A DNA stretch of 64,000 nt from Octopus bimaculoides (taxonomy: Eukaryota), in assembly GCF_001194135.2 (NCBI RefSeq), contig NC_068989.1, positions 2,277,830-2,341,829 of the forward strand, in the 5' to 3' direction. Position numbers and translations under genes: made by a program. Under the pieces are notes generated by a model. The model saw only the letters and a list, made by a program, of their open reading frames with translations. It did not search any database and was not told the origin of the DNA. Positions 10,668 to 24,065 of the stretch are shown here, one piece after another. Position 1 is the first letter of the stretch; each line of letters begins with the position of its first letter.

Positions 10668-12399
10668 ATCATCAATGTTGCCTAATGCAACGAACACGTT
10701 GCATTTGGATAATATAGAATACAGTATCATAAATATAAATCTCATGTTTTATACTTGGAGGAAATTTACAGCAGTGGTGCACCAGCATGACCGCAGCCAC
10801 TTGGCTGAAACACATAAATAAATAAATAAATAAATTTATTTCTGATAAGTGATACTGAAAATGAGTTTAAGAGTTTATAAAACTATTTATGAACATGAGA
10901 TATCAATTTCTTGTTGTAAAAGATTGTCGGTGTTCACACAACGCGAAATTACTTATATTTCCCTCCTAATGGTCAGTAAACTGGACAAATAACATATATT
11001 TAGGAAGGTAAGAAGTGATAGATACTTAAATGAAACCCACAACAAGATCACATTTAGAGAAAGAGACACTGGTAAGCTAAAATTATGGAACAAACGCATG
11101 AAAGAGATCCATTTAAAGTCACATTAATACGAAGAAAAGTGAAACAAAACTACTTAACAGTCAGAATAGCAGTGAAGCCTTTTGAAAAATTGTGTTACTT
11201 GTTTTCAACTCTATAGATGCAAAGGCGACGTGGATACACCCTACACTCTCTAACCGTTAAATGAAGACAAAAACTTAATAGATTGCTGGTTTTGCGTTAA
11301 CATATGTATGATAATCTATGAATGAAAGTGACTTTAAGTTTAGGGATGTAAGGGAATAAAAAAATGAATGCTCGAATCTTGACAAGAGAATGGCTCAAAA
11401 CAAGAAAACAATGCTATTATGTCGGAATAATAAAAAATAAGTAATGTATTGATATCGAGATAGAAGATGGTTATAAGGAAAGATAAAAGTCTCGAAGTAC
11501 ACTGAAAGAACTCAAAATGGTAATAAAAATATATAATCAAAGACTAATGGCAAAATAAGGAAATACACGTAAAATCTACGAGAAAGGAACAGGAAAAAAA
11601 AAGTTAGCAACGAAACCAATTAGGAAGGACAACTATTTGACTTCGCAGGAATCAAAAACGGTGGAAATAATACCTACATGCATGAATATAGACACACACA
11701 CATACACACACACAAAATAAAAATTGAAAAGAATTCGCATTATATCTGGTGGCAGAAAAAGTACAAGACGAGTATATGTAATTACCAAGTTAATATGATA
11801 CAATGAATATATTACAAAGACGAACAAGCTATTATATAAGTGCGTACGTGTGCCTATGAATATATATATANNNNNNNNNNNNNNNNNNNNNNNNNNNNNN
11901 NNNNNNTATGTATGTATATATATTTGTCTATGTAGATGCATGAATACGTATATATATGTAATATATGTATGCATGTCTATACGTACATATATGTATATGT
12001 ATGTATGTGTATATATATATATGTATATGTTTATATATTTGTATATAAGTATATGTATGTTTGTATATATGTATGCATGTATATATGTATGTACGTATAA
12101 AACATACAAAAAAGTCGATCTCTGTTGGAAAGAACATGATAAAAGTAACAAAACGCTTAAAAAACATTAGCGAGGTAAGAAATAAAAGCAGTATTATTTC
12201 GAAAATATACCAATTTTTTTGTAAGCAATTTTGGGTAAAGAAAGAGTGGGGAATTCCCGCCGATAATAATGAAAACAAACAGGTATTCATGGTCGAACGA
12301 GTGAAAATGTAGTTTCAAAATCAACCTGAATTGACACAGAGAAATCGTACTAAAGATGGAATAAGATAAGCATCATTAGAAGATAGGGAGACAGTATTA

Positions 12400-12860
12400 A
12401 AAATCAGAGTGAGACAGACGGGCGCGGCTGTTTTGTTGCAGGTAATTTGGCGAGGCTGACTGGATATTCAGCCTGCTTTTGCTGATGGTACTCTTTGGCG
12501 TCGGAGATAAACTTATACACAATCACACAGACACACGCACGCAAGCACGCGCACGGAGATATACACATACAGATAGAGTGGTAGAGAGAGAGAAGGGGAG
12601 GGATTGGGAGACGTTATGATTGTTAATTGAACATGATTGACATAAATGATATCTCTGTCTCCATTTATATAAATAAAAGTAGGCTCTCGCACTTAATCCG
12701 AGAGAGAGAAAGAGAGAAGGGGAGAAGGGAAAGAAAGAGAGAAGGAGAGAGAGGGAGAGAACGAGAGTAACTATAAAACGACTGATGTCAAATAATTTAG
12801 CTTCAAATCGGTGACGTCAAATAAGCGGTGCGGCAGCAAAAAGGCTGTGCCAAGATGTCT
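12400..12860. promoter_or_regulatory. Candidate promoter or enhancer region
   Basis: It is locally CpG-rich (GACGGGCGCGGC, GCACGCGCACGG) and has GA-rich tracts. A perfect CRE, TGACGTCA, lies at 12812-12819, with a near-duplicate TGATGTCAAATA 28 bp upstream. A possible donor CAG|GTAATT is at about 12460. No transcript evidence. Confidence 0.3.
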
Positions 12861-13134
12861 CATACCCATTAAAATGGTAAATTATTGCACAAAGTACATC
12901 CAACTATAAGGTGTTCCCCATTTTCTCTCAATTCGTCAGACTAAACATTGCGCGGCATTTAGTTACAATGTTCTACGTTGTGAGTTCAAACCCTGCAAAC
13001 GTTGACTTTATCATTCATACTGATGAGTGTCATTCATGTAAATTACGATGACGTAACCAAGGCCGATGAAATCGACGGAGATTTTTCTCCGAGGCCTTGA
13101 TTTAAAAGTAACTATTATAAGAATAATGTTTCAT

Positions 13135-13350
13135 AATGGTTTCTGATTTAGGCTCCAGGTTAGTAAATATTGATGGGAGTTACTCAATATATTGGAGTCC
13201 AGGACTAGACTAGTACATTATTTTATCGTTCCCCAGACGAATGAGTGGCATATGTCTAATCTCGGCGCGATTACAAGTGAGAAGTCAAAGAGCCGGAGGC
13301 AAATAGCAGAATGCATGTATTTCGACGCTCTAAACTTCCTGCCAGTCCAT
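13135..13350 (-). mobile_element. Degenerate SINE family A copy
   Basis: Diverged match to the family layout (GACTAGTACATTATTTTATCGTTCCCCAGACG...CTCGGCGCGATT...AAACTTCCTGCCAGTCC). A further degenerate + strand head lies at about 12940-13020. Confidence 0.55.
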
Positions 13351-13587
13351 CGACCTAGAATACAATAGTGTTTAATGATAGAGTAGATGCATTAGAAAGA
13401 CGCGGGTATTAGTTAATGAAACTTCTTGTCAGCATTAAAGAGAATAAATAAACAATTATTCTAACAGACAACATTTGACAGACGAGAGGATGTTGTTTGT
13501 GTATTTGAAAAATTCAAACAAAAGAAAGGTAACTGATAAATTTAGACTATTATCCTGGTCTGACAATAACATGTAAAGTATTGACAG

Positions 13588-13589
<2 letters not shown>

Positions 13590-13664
<75 letters not shown>
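13590..13664. repeat. (CTAT)n tetranucleotide microsatellite (others at about 10562-10590, 27531-27606, 39787-39836, 50605-50650)
   Basis: Seen directly. Confidence 0.97.
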
Positions 13665-13665
<1 letters not shown>

Positions 13666-13974
13666 AGCATGCATCTATGTATGTAGGTATGTGAAGATTT
13701 ACAAGCGCCAAGAGAGAAATAAATTTATTATTTAGATAAATTAATGCTCCAGGATTATACATCAATTACGCAGAGCTCTTACAGTGAGTGGTAGGGGTCA
13801 TTGATGGACAAAGCTTATGACATTATTTCTCACTTTTTCAGGATTACTCAATAGCTCGAGATTTTGGTGGCTAGCCTAGGATACAGGAAAGTTGATTGTA
13901 AAGAGTTTGCGTAAATGGGAAAGTTAAACAAATATTGCCGAGAGAAAAGAATTGTTGCGGTTGAACTTTTATCC

Positions 13975-14085
13975 TTTACTTGCTTTAGTTTTTGGACTGC
14001 GGCTATGCTGGGGTATCGCATTGAGAGGTTTAAGTCGAAAAGATCGACCTCAGTACTTATTTTAAAATCTGATAATTATTGTATC
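13975..14085 (-). mobile_element. SINE family B, 3' fragment
   Basis: CTTTACTTGCTTTAGTTTTTGGACTGCGGCTATGCTGGGG...TTAAGTCGAAAAGATCGACCTCAGTACTTAT is homologous to about 50262-50370 and 57057-57120. Confidence 0.7.
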
Positions 14086-15377
14086 GGTGCCTTTATTCTT
14101 CTTTACCCAAACAACAGCTCTCTTCCAATAGAATGTAGGAAATTTCACTGTAAACATTTTTGCCGTAGAAAAATTCCCCGTAAAAAAAAAATAAATTGCA
14201 AAAAATATATATAATAAATAAATAACAAAGAAAAAATAATTAGTTGATTTCTTAAAATGGCAACTTCATCAACCAACCTACCGATTAGAGAAAAGTAATT
14301 TCTTTAAAATGAGTTATCTAGTTTTTAGTCTGCTTGTACGCTTCCTTTACGGCCAAATTTCCAACAGTAAATTGTCCGGACACGCTTCCTGTAAATGTAG
14401 TAAGTGTTTTTTCACTGTTTGTTAAGTACATTGCATCTAGTACTACATTGTCCAAGGGGTGCATTATCCCCATAAAAGGCTTCTTCTTCGGGCTATATTG
14501 GCTCTACTGAATGCCCTTGTAGTAACGAGTACCTACTAATAGATTCGTGTTGTTATTTAGTCATGACTCAGTCACAATACGAGTAGAGCTATTTTCAAAG
14601 GCGATCGAGCTGTCAAGACTCCGCCTGATTTATTTGCTTTTCACTCATATTTATGCAATGTTCTTGTTTTTATCTTTTGAGACGTTAGCATAAGATTTGG
14701 GTATCATTTCGAGTCACCAGTGGATTTCACACTGCTGCTTTGGAATAACCACTTACACTGTTAATGACAGTTCATAATTACAGTAGAGTGAATTGAAGCC
14801 ATTTGAGAATTAAAGTGATTCGACCGTGAACTCATTCAACAAGGTATAATACATTAGCATACCAGCCGCCGATCTTTTAAGTTTGTGGTTGGAATCTTAT
14901 CGATTCGGCCATATTTAATCTCTTCCTATCGTTCTTCACTAACACTGCATAAATTTGAAAGAAAATAAACTATCGACGTAATTTTTCCTTCTGTCGACAA
15001 GATTAAACCTATTTGATGTGAATATTACAAATGCGTTATGATACGTTAGCAAAATGTCCGCTGTGCGGCTTTCATATAGAACTTCTATAATTTCTCACGC
15101 AGACAACTTATCGTCACTACTTATAGTAGGATATACTTCCTAAAATATTTGTTATTAATATACACTCTCTTATTCCTCACTTCTAATCCTCCTTTCTCTC
15201 TCTCTCTCTCTCTCTCTCAGTCCCGTATGTGTATATATGTATGCGTGCGTGAATGCATGCGTGTGTGCGCCTGTGTGTCTGTGTGTGAGTGCGTATGTAT
15301 ATACATATATATAAATATATATACATTTGTATATGTACATATTTATGTATATAATTAGATAAATGTATGTACGTATA

Positions 15378-15426
<49 letters not shown>

Positions 15427-16507
15427 NNNNNNNNNNNNNNNNNNNNNNNNNNNNNNNNNNNNNNNNNNNNNNNNNNNNNNNNNNNNNNNNNNNNNNNNNN
15501 NNNNNNNNNNNNNNNNNNNNNNNNNNNNNNNNNNNNNNNNNNNNNNNNNNNNNNNNNNNNNNNNNNNNNNNNNNNNNNNNNNNNNNNNNNNNNNNNNNNN
15601 NNNNNNNNNNNNNNNNNNNNNNNNNNNNNNNNNNNNNNNNNNNNNNNNNNNNNNNNNNNNNNNNNNNNNNNNNNNNNNNNNNNNNNNNNNNNNNNNNNNN
15701 NNNNNNNNNNNNNNNNNNNNTATATATATATATATATATATATATTATGATTCTCTTTTCATTCGTATGTTGATCATTATATCTCTCTGTTTATATAACT
15801 ATTAAGCCACTTATCTACTGAAAAAATCGATACACCTATCTATCAAAATTTCTATCGATTCTTATCGAAATGAGTTTGCGAAAATAAAAGTACATCATTT
15901 TCTCACCAAATAATGTTGCTTTTCAAACTTTAAAATGACCTGAAAACGTATCTACCTCCAACCAAAGAGAAACAGACAGTATAAGAACCACCGATAAGCA
16001 AATACATATCACAGCTTTATCGTAGTTCCGGAATGGTTTCGATATTCCGCGCTTCCCTCCGAAAAATATGTGAATGCAATTGAAATATGTCTGTAAGAAA
16101 TGTAGATATTATAGACATAAAGATATAAAGGAACTGAGCATCGTTGGCTTTGCTTGTTTTCTGTTAGCAGTAGAAAGCAATGAGGTATTTATTGTATGAC
16201 ATTTTATTGGTATCGAAAGCGGGACCACCAACTGAAGAATCGGAACAAGCACTTTCTGTAGATAAACTACACGTTGTGAAGCTTGTAGAATAAGAATGGT
16301 GACGATGATGACGATGATCATTATCATCACCATCGTCATTGTCAAGTCAGTATTAATATATTTTAATATAGGCCGCAACAAATTTTGCAGCGAAAAACAG
16401 CAATAGCTCACCGACGAAGTCTACGGAGCCGCGATAGCCGACTTCATGAGGGAATGAGACCGCGTGCCATCTTTTGACAAATACCTCGCCGACTGTGACA
16501 GCTCTAA

Positions 16508-16780
16508 GTGCAATTCAAAGAGCCTTGTAACTGTTTTCTTAAGGACGGTTTCCTGTTCAAATGTTCCAGGTGTAAAACTTACATCGGAGCCACGGAAAAC
16601 GGCTTCAAGACGAGATTTCCTCATTATAAGAATCCCTTTAAAACTCTGAAAACAGGCCAACAAGGAGTTTATGAAAACCATTGCCAATTAAAAGGAATCA
16701 GCGTTGCCTATTTCAAAATCCACAGGTTTATGTTGGAAAGAGAAACTTCGTGCAGACATAGACCCAACCGTCATTCTATG
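16508..16780 (+). pseudogene. Penelope-like element GIY-YIG endonuclease fragment, internally deleted
   Basis: The ORF reads PCNC...KTYIGATENGFKTRFPHYKNPF (CNC, YIG and FKTR motifs) and later SCRHRPNR, the typical C-terminal CRH motif. Confidence 0.75.
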
Positions 16781-18134
16781 AAATACCCAGTATACTTAAT
16801 TGAAGACAAATCGGCCTCGAAACCTAAATCTGAACCTTCGAAGTATTGCACTCATTCTTCGAAGTTTCTGATTTCGAACTTGTTACCAAACAACTAATAT
16901 ATAATTAATGTACAGCCACATCTAACCATCACACACGATTTGCTGTTTTTAATATTACTTCGATTATGTATTTTCGTATTCTTTCGCAAGTTTTCACTTG
17001 AATTCCTTCCTTCCGTTCTTTCGATCCTATATAACTTTAAAACGAATTTTTTTATTTACCGTTAATATTCCTTTTTTACATTTCTAATAGCTTTTTTTCA
17101 ACCAAGGAAAAGGCAGAAATTACGCTTTTTATATCATATCATATCATACATACATACATACATACATACATACATACATACATACATACGTACATACATA
17201 CATACATATATCACGGCAATCTTGAATTAATTTGACTCTTTCTTTTTTTTTTACATTGCCCAAAACGCATTCTTCATGTCTTTACATATTTCGAAATTGG
17301 TTTCCATATTGTTATGGTGATCGGCACAAATTTGTCTGTGTGTCTTTTGCTTTTGCACCCCCATCCCCATCCCAACCTGTGCACCCTTCAGTAATAATAC
17401 TTTAGGTTTCTATCTCGCTAATTTTTCCCCACCTAATGCGTGCTTTATAATCACTTCAAGTCTTTTAAATATTGGACTTGTTGTTTATACATATTGGATG
17501 TAAACTGTCAATTTTAACAAAAAATTCCTTCTCCTATTTTCAAATTGTTTTTCTCGTATCTTTAAATTTCCCCTCTTTCTGCTTCACACACACAGACGCA
17601 CGCACGCACACACATACACACACGTACACACATATATACACACATATATACACACATATATACATGGCAGAATGAAGCAGTGAGAAGGAGTGTTCAAAAC
17701 TAAGTTTGGTGGATACATATTCCTTGTTTATGGATGAACAGCGCTTTCAATGTTTTTAAGTGGAAAGAATTCACAATCCTTCAAGCGTTCTTCTTTAAGA
17801 TGTTGGTAATCACATCCAATTTGCATGGGATTTCGTGAGAATGTAAGTGATCATACAAGACTTGAAAATTAAACGATACACATACAAGGGGAGGCAACTC
17901 AGTCAATGACTACTTTAGATGATATTTCTGTGGCACTGGCATTGGTATTTTGCAGACATTTACGCTCAATACATTTTTAATGTATTATACGAGAACATTT
18001 ACTTGTAACTATTGAAATAAATTAATATACACTAATATGTACCTGTGACGCACGCTTTGTTTTTTGCATGTAGATGCATGTGTCTATACAATACAAATCT
18101 ATGCATTTTATAATTCCAGTATGAATTCTTAGAG

Positions 18135-18253
18135 TATATGTCTATTATGCGTATATGTTTATTATGCGTATATGTCTATTATGCGTATATGTCTATTATG
18201 CGTATATGTCTATTATGCGTATATGTCTTTTATGCGTATATGTCTATTATGAC
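18135..18253. repeat. 17-bp minisatellite (TATATGTCTATTATGCG) x7
   Basis: Seven tandem units with single substitutions, counted directly. Confidence 0.95.
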
Positions 18254-18389
18254 GGATATTAACTTTATATCTTAAATTTATCCTATTTCGATAGGTGAAG
18301 TGTATGAAGGGAGCAAGCTTGATATTTCATAGTTTCAATTGTTGTTTGTTCATGCAAAGGTAGAATGTTTCTTCTGTAAGGTTCAAAAT

Positions 18390-18665
18390 GTTCATTGTGG
18401 AAGTTACGATGTTTAACTTCCCTGTGTGTGCCTGAAGGACACAGGGACTCCATACGTAATCTCATAGAAGATCATAGGAAAAAAGGGTCCCCACATCAAC
18501 GACAGCAAGCGTTGCAAGCTGTGCAGAGTGGAACGGGCGAAGATATCAAAGAATTCCCTCGGCCCGAGGGCCATATTAAATTCGAGGACGGAAGTCTTCG
18601 GACCCTGTTTACACTTCACGCAACTCCTACTGAAATCCTGGGACACGCAGGATTTACAAAATAAA
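18390..18665 (+). pseudogene. Penelope-like element endonuclease C-terminal fragment
   Basis: A frame not in the ORF track, from 18426, reads VCLKDTGTPYVIS*KIIGKKGPHINDSKRCKLCRVERAKISKNSLGPRAILNSRTEVFGPCLH. This matches the PLE pattern W.LKD...Y.I.WKI...A.PY.N.SKRC.LC..EK..I...LLN.R.E....C.H. Confidence 0.75.
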
Positions 18666-19595
18666 GAACGTTTAAAAATATTTTACACTCAACAATGAGA
18701 AAGTAAAGATATCAAAACCTTTTCAACCTCTCTCCCCCTTACATTCCAGCCGTTATTCTTTCTTGAAGGGAACGATATGATAGGCCATATTGGATACACA
18801 TAAATGCCTTCGCTAGAGGGACGAAAATATCAGTTTTATGGACTTGTGACCATAAGAACTGTCAGAAACTCTAAACACAGCCGCATTACAGTAAGTTGTT
18901 GTATAAAATAAGAAGCGAATTGTCACCTCTCGTGGGTAGGAAACCATTCTATAGCAACTAATATTTATATGCGTAAGAAGAGCCGTATAATTTGGAAATT
19001 TTATTTTTGATAGAATACTCTTTGAATTGAAGTATGTCAAAAATAATTGTACTTCTTGCGAACAGTATGAAGCAAACCGGCAACAAAATCTTAGATATAA
19101 TAAAATAATTGCAGCCCATGAGATAGCATTCTTGTACAATACTCGGTTATTTGTTTTAAAAATCTCTCCTTTAATGATACTAAAATATAACATTGAGTTT
19201 TCTTAATGACTAGAACTACGGTAAACAAATTTCAGATGACATTGGTTCACGCAAAATTCTATTGATTACCTATGTAATTAAAAACTTGTTGATAACGTGT
19301 AAGTCTTTTTCAGTCTCTAACAAACAACTAGATAATTTTTCTTCAACTGACAGTAGTTCATTTCTGACTTTAAATTCGTTGACAGTTCCATCTTTCACGC
19401 AAATAATATATTTGTGGAGAAGTTTAGAAACAACAGAAACTTAGATTCACACGTCTTTTAACTTAATCATTCTCAGAAGAAATAGATTGCTTCTGACTTT
19501 AGTCCTGCTGCCAAAGTTTATTTAAGTTATGATTAAAAGTGTTCTAGTTTGGTTTGTTGAGATTCAATGTGTCAAATAAAATAAGGAAAACAAGA

Positions 19596-19922
19596 TTTTG
19601 TGGCATTGATTGCAATAAATATTTTATTTTAGTGTTGATGTAAATAAGGTCTCTGCAGCTGTAACTGATCAATGAAACAACTAATCAGTTAGGGACACAG
19701 AATTTGCCTCAAGTTATGGGTTACAACTATAGCGGAGACATTTATAAGTACGGTGTTTTCTGTTACGCTCTCAATAACAACCGGATTACCAACCAATGAG
19801 GGTGTAAAGTGCACTGCTGTAAACAGTGAAGACATGATTGTGTCATTGGTTGCAGTAAATACTTTATTTTTATTTTGATGTAAACAAGGTCTCTGCAGCC
19901 GTAACTGATCAAAGGAACAACT
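19596..19922. repeat. Direct repeat of about 87 bp, copies exactly 240 bp apart
   Basis: GATTTTGTGGCATTGATTGCAATAAAT...GATGTAAATAAGGTCTCTGCAGCTGTAACTGATCAATGAAACAACT versus GATTGTGTCATTGGTTGCAGTAAAT...GATGTAAACAAGGTCTCTGCAGCCGTAACTGATCAAAGGAACAACT. Confidence 0.9.
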
Positions 19923-20837
19923 CCAAACAATGCGAATAAATACGTATTACATTTGACCGAAAAATCCGAATGCTGAAGGGTTATCGAGGTCACAGAATTA
20001 GTTTCTGATTGGAAGTAACGAGCTGAAAGCTTGCAATCAGTATTATCTTGATGGTGTCTCAGTGTGCTGGATACAACTGATTAGAAAATGGCAAATAAAT
20101 AAACAGATAAACAAAAAAAGAAAAAAAACGGTCAGGCGTTTTCATCGAAGTATGTTTAGAACACTCAGAATTTATATCACACACCTTCTGAAAGTAACGT
20201 GTGTGAGATCGTGTATTCGTTACAACTAACAGTAAGGTGATACTTATATCACAACATGGCGTCTTAGACAACACAATTTAGTTTGCTATACGCAATAGAA
20301 AGGGACTGTCATGGGCGGAACACTATTGATCGATTAAACCAGCTTGCGCATAAATAACAACATCAGTGAAATATCAAAAACATGATCCAGTGTGCAGCCG
20401 TTACCTATACTCTGACATCACATCGTCTTAAAATATATGTGTCTGATATAATATATTGCCAAATACAGGTGTTTTTGACAAGCAAAGACTAGAAAATCTT
20501 TCACTGATACACAACAACCTATTTCATAGTTGAGAGGAAATATCAAATATTATTACGTCTATGAATGTTTCAAGAACATCAAAAGAATAGATGAAAACGG
20601 GAAAGACATTTAGGTCACCTGTTCACAAAATCAGAACGTAGAAGATAATAATTGATGATTTGAGATTGTTGTGGAATCATGTCGTGATGTTAGGTCCATT
20701 TGTATGGGATTGGATTTCTCATCGATTAAACATATATAAGTTTTAAAAGAATCTTGCTGGTTTGTTGTCTTTCTTATGACTGGTTTACATACATAAACGC
20801 ATGCATACAGACACCACATATATACGTGTGTGTTTGC

Positions 20838-20895
<58 letters not shown>

Positions 20896-20908
20896 GTGTG
20901 TGTGTATG

Positions 20909-20958
20909 CGACTGTGTGGTAAGAAGCTTGCTTACCAACCACATGGTTCCGGGTTCAG

Positions 20959-20959
<1 letters not shown>
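20909..20959 (+). mobile_element. SINE family B, head fragment
   Basis: GACTGTGTGGTAAGAAGCTTGCTTACCAACCACATGGTTCCGGGTTCAGT is a tRNA-like head with A and B boxes, embedded in (TA)n. Confidence 0.8.
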
Positions 20960-20999
<40 letters not shown>

Positions 21000-21390
21000 T
21001 GGCTATATGTCAGAAGCGCCTGTACAAGGATCTCAAGTCGACTGCGATTTATACAGCACAATTACTATTCCAAGTAATGTGAAGAGGCGCAGACACAAGC
21101 AAAGTGCAAGATATCCAGCTAAGTAGAGCAGCTGGTTTTATTAATGAGTTTGCCTTCTCCTAGATGGATCAGTTGTCACAGACTAGAGGTCCCTAATTGC
21201 CAGTGGGCTCACTGTGCCCTCGGAGATCAACCCGAGTATTTATATGTCCAGGCGCTTACACAGATACATACATACATACATTCATAAATACATACATACA
21301 TTCATAAATACATACATACATACTCACATATGCATGTGTGTATACTTTTCCTTATGTATATATATATAGATACTGAGAAAGAAAGAGAAT

Positions 21391-21430
<40 letters not shown>

Positions 21431-23822
21431 GAGAGAGAGAGTGNNNNNNNNNNGAGAGAGAGAGAGAGAGAGAGAGTGAGAGAGAGAGAGTGAGAGAGAG
21501 AGAGTGAGAGAGAGAGAGTGAAATTTGGTAGCTAACAAAACCATGTCAACGAACATTTCTGGTGGTGAACATTAGATATGAACACGCTTGGCTTTCAGGA
21601 GGCCACCAAATCGAATGTTTGTTTTCTAGACGTTTTATTGTATTTGAAACTGCTATAGAAATTTGATTGAAGCTTTATTGTGATAAGCGGGTATTATCCA
21701 ATATCGAACGGACACTGGAGAACGAGGAGCAAAATGGAAGAAAGGAAATCGAAAAGAGTATTTGGTCTCTGACGCAAACCCAACACCATGTGGATGGTGT
21801 GATTATTTTACTGATAAAATGTTGCAATAATTTTGCACTGTCCTGAAGAACAAGTATGGTAATCCACTCTGGATAAATTCCTTTATCAAATAACCCAATA
21901 ACCTTCTATTCTTATTGTTTCTTCTTCAATAATTGAAGAACCAGATGACACTCCCGCAGAATAAAGACTTTATCCTAAGGGATTTTGAAGAAATTACTTC
22001 TGAATAATTTCCTTCTCCTCTTTTTGTTCACTCTGCTGAAACAGCCAACCATTTTCAAATGAGAAATTCTACGATTATTCAATGACTAATTTATTATTAT
22101 TTCTTCATGTAACTCTCAATGTTTTCGTTTCTGATTTTAACTGTGAATGCACCTGCATCTCATTGATAAACGATGCTCAAACATTATCTTGAAGTATTTC
22201 ACTTTAACGAATTCTTTCTAACCTAAAATGCTAATAAAAAAAAACAATATGCCAAAAAGAACAAAACTGACCAGAAGTCATTTATTTATTTATTGAAATT
22301 TTAATCTTCTCAAATTACACATGATTTATTAATTTCCAGTTGAATAACACCTGTTCATTTTATAAGTGTTTATATAAATATCTATTAGCATCTACGGGGT
22401 ACATTTCCAGAGTTGTCAGTCTTGGGATAAAGTGCCTCACGGTGTTCGTTCCGTCTTTCTGTCACTGTACAAAACACGCTGAGGTTAACTTTGCTCTTCA
22501 TCATTTCGAGGTGATACCATAAACACAAGTCCAGATCCAGTGGACTGACCGAAGTGTTAAGAATGAGGAATAGGACGATCTTGTCGTATCTATAAGATCC
22601 TGAATTATCTTCTCGGCACAAGATAGAATTTGTATCTATGTAAGGAGAAAGTGTTGGTCACTCAATCCAATGGTATTCAATTGTGTGGTCAAGACAAAGC
22701 TTGCTCATTGCTAGAATTAAACAAGGTTGACATATCATCCATTTCTAAAGTGTAACATTAATGATTTGAAGAAAAACATAGAAAAAACTCCAATACTTTA
22801 CAGTATCTAGTTTTACCCCATCAACATTCTCCGTTTCTATGCCACTGGCATCAAATTCGTGTTATGTTTAATGGAATGTGTATCTGTCATATATTGAATT
22901 AGGTTATGTCCACTACAACTTCCTCCGTACACTCTAAAAATTCTTTCTTGTACGGGGAAAAGAAACCAATCTCTCAATATATGTACGATGTGATGATGTA
23001 TCATATTGTTTTAAGACTTGTATTTTCAATATAGGTTTGAATTTAATGTAATTAGTTTGTGAAAACTTCCCTCCATTCTAGAGAGCAATTTAAATGCTCT
23101 TAATGATACAGTTTCCAGCTACGTTTCTTAGAAAGAACAGCAATGAAGTAAACGATACATTGAAGCGAAAATGTAATTGTTTTCTTTTTTGTTTTTTCAT
23201 TGAAGTGTTTGAAAGAAAAGATACTTTCTTTATTTAGCGAGTTGAAGAAACTCATTTTTCTTAGCGGTTCACTACCCAAAAGGCAGGCATCGCTTTTAGC
23301 ACCTCTAAGAAATATGGTCGCATTAAGATTCAACATGCTTAATATAATTATCAAAAATTTCGATATCAAAATTACATAGTGGAATCCAATCCTGAAACCA
23401 CTGAACAAAATTGAACGACTTAAATATAATTAAACTTCCGCAATGAGCTGATATCAATATTATCTTTAATGCATTCCTGGAGATTTCATCTTCGAGTGAA
23501 GGGAAACATGAGATCCTGAAATGCGCTAGGATCAAAATTCTGTGTACAGTTAAAGTAAATCGCGATTTATATTTTCATCTTTGTCCACCGAGCTTTAATA
23601 ATAATATCCACAACTGTCAAAATTTATCTACGCGTATTAGTGTGCAGTGACGCTGCTATATATTAAACGTAGCATAATTTCATTTGAATTACCCAAGTAG
23701 AAGATATCCAAAAATCGTAACGTGTTTCTTTAAATATCATACGTTATTTAATTATAACGATTTCACCATTTTTCTTTCTGTATTCGATAATTACTAATCT
23801 GACCATCGAGGCATTTTTTCTA

Positions 23823-23896
23823 TGGCCAGATAACTGAAGAGATGGCGGCTAGGGTTTCCGCCCCGACATCCGAAACTAGGAGTTTTATCATGGCTA
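23823..23896 (+). ncRNA. Type I hammerhead ribozyme motif in a PLE-type 3' tail
   Basis: Stem I TGGCCAGATAA / TTATC(A)TGGCTA; core CTGAAGA at 23834-23840; stem II GATG/CATC enclosing a GCGG/CCGC hairpin; CGAAAC at 23871-23876; loop TAGGA; triplet GTT at 23882-23884. Confidence 0.75.
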
Positions 23897-23990
23897 CCGA
23901 ATAATTGTCACATTTTATTTACAGATAAATTCCTCTATTTACATAATATCGAGGAGGTCTCTTTCTTTTCTTGTCTTACCTTTTCTGTCA

Positions 23991-24021
<31 letters not shown>

Positions 24022-24065
24022 TTTTCACAATCTTTTTATTAATATCCGAATGAGTTATGTGACTC

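Noticed and set aside
16795-16835. Hammerhead-like TTGAAGA...CGAAAC after the PLE fragment
   Set aside because: No stem I or stem II pairing and no proper NUH context; at best a decayed remnant.
18135-19922. CRISPR-like interpretation of the tandem or spaced repeats
   Set aside because: Eukaryotic context, no unique spacers between identical repeats, and no cas genes.
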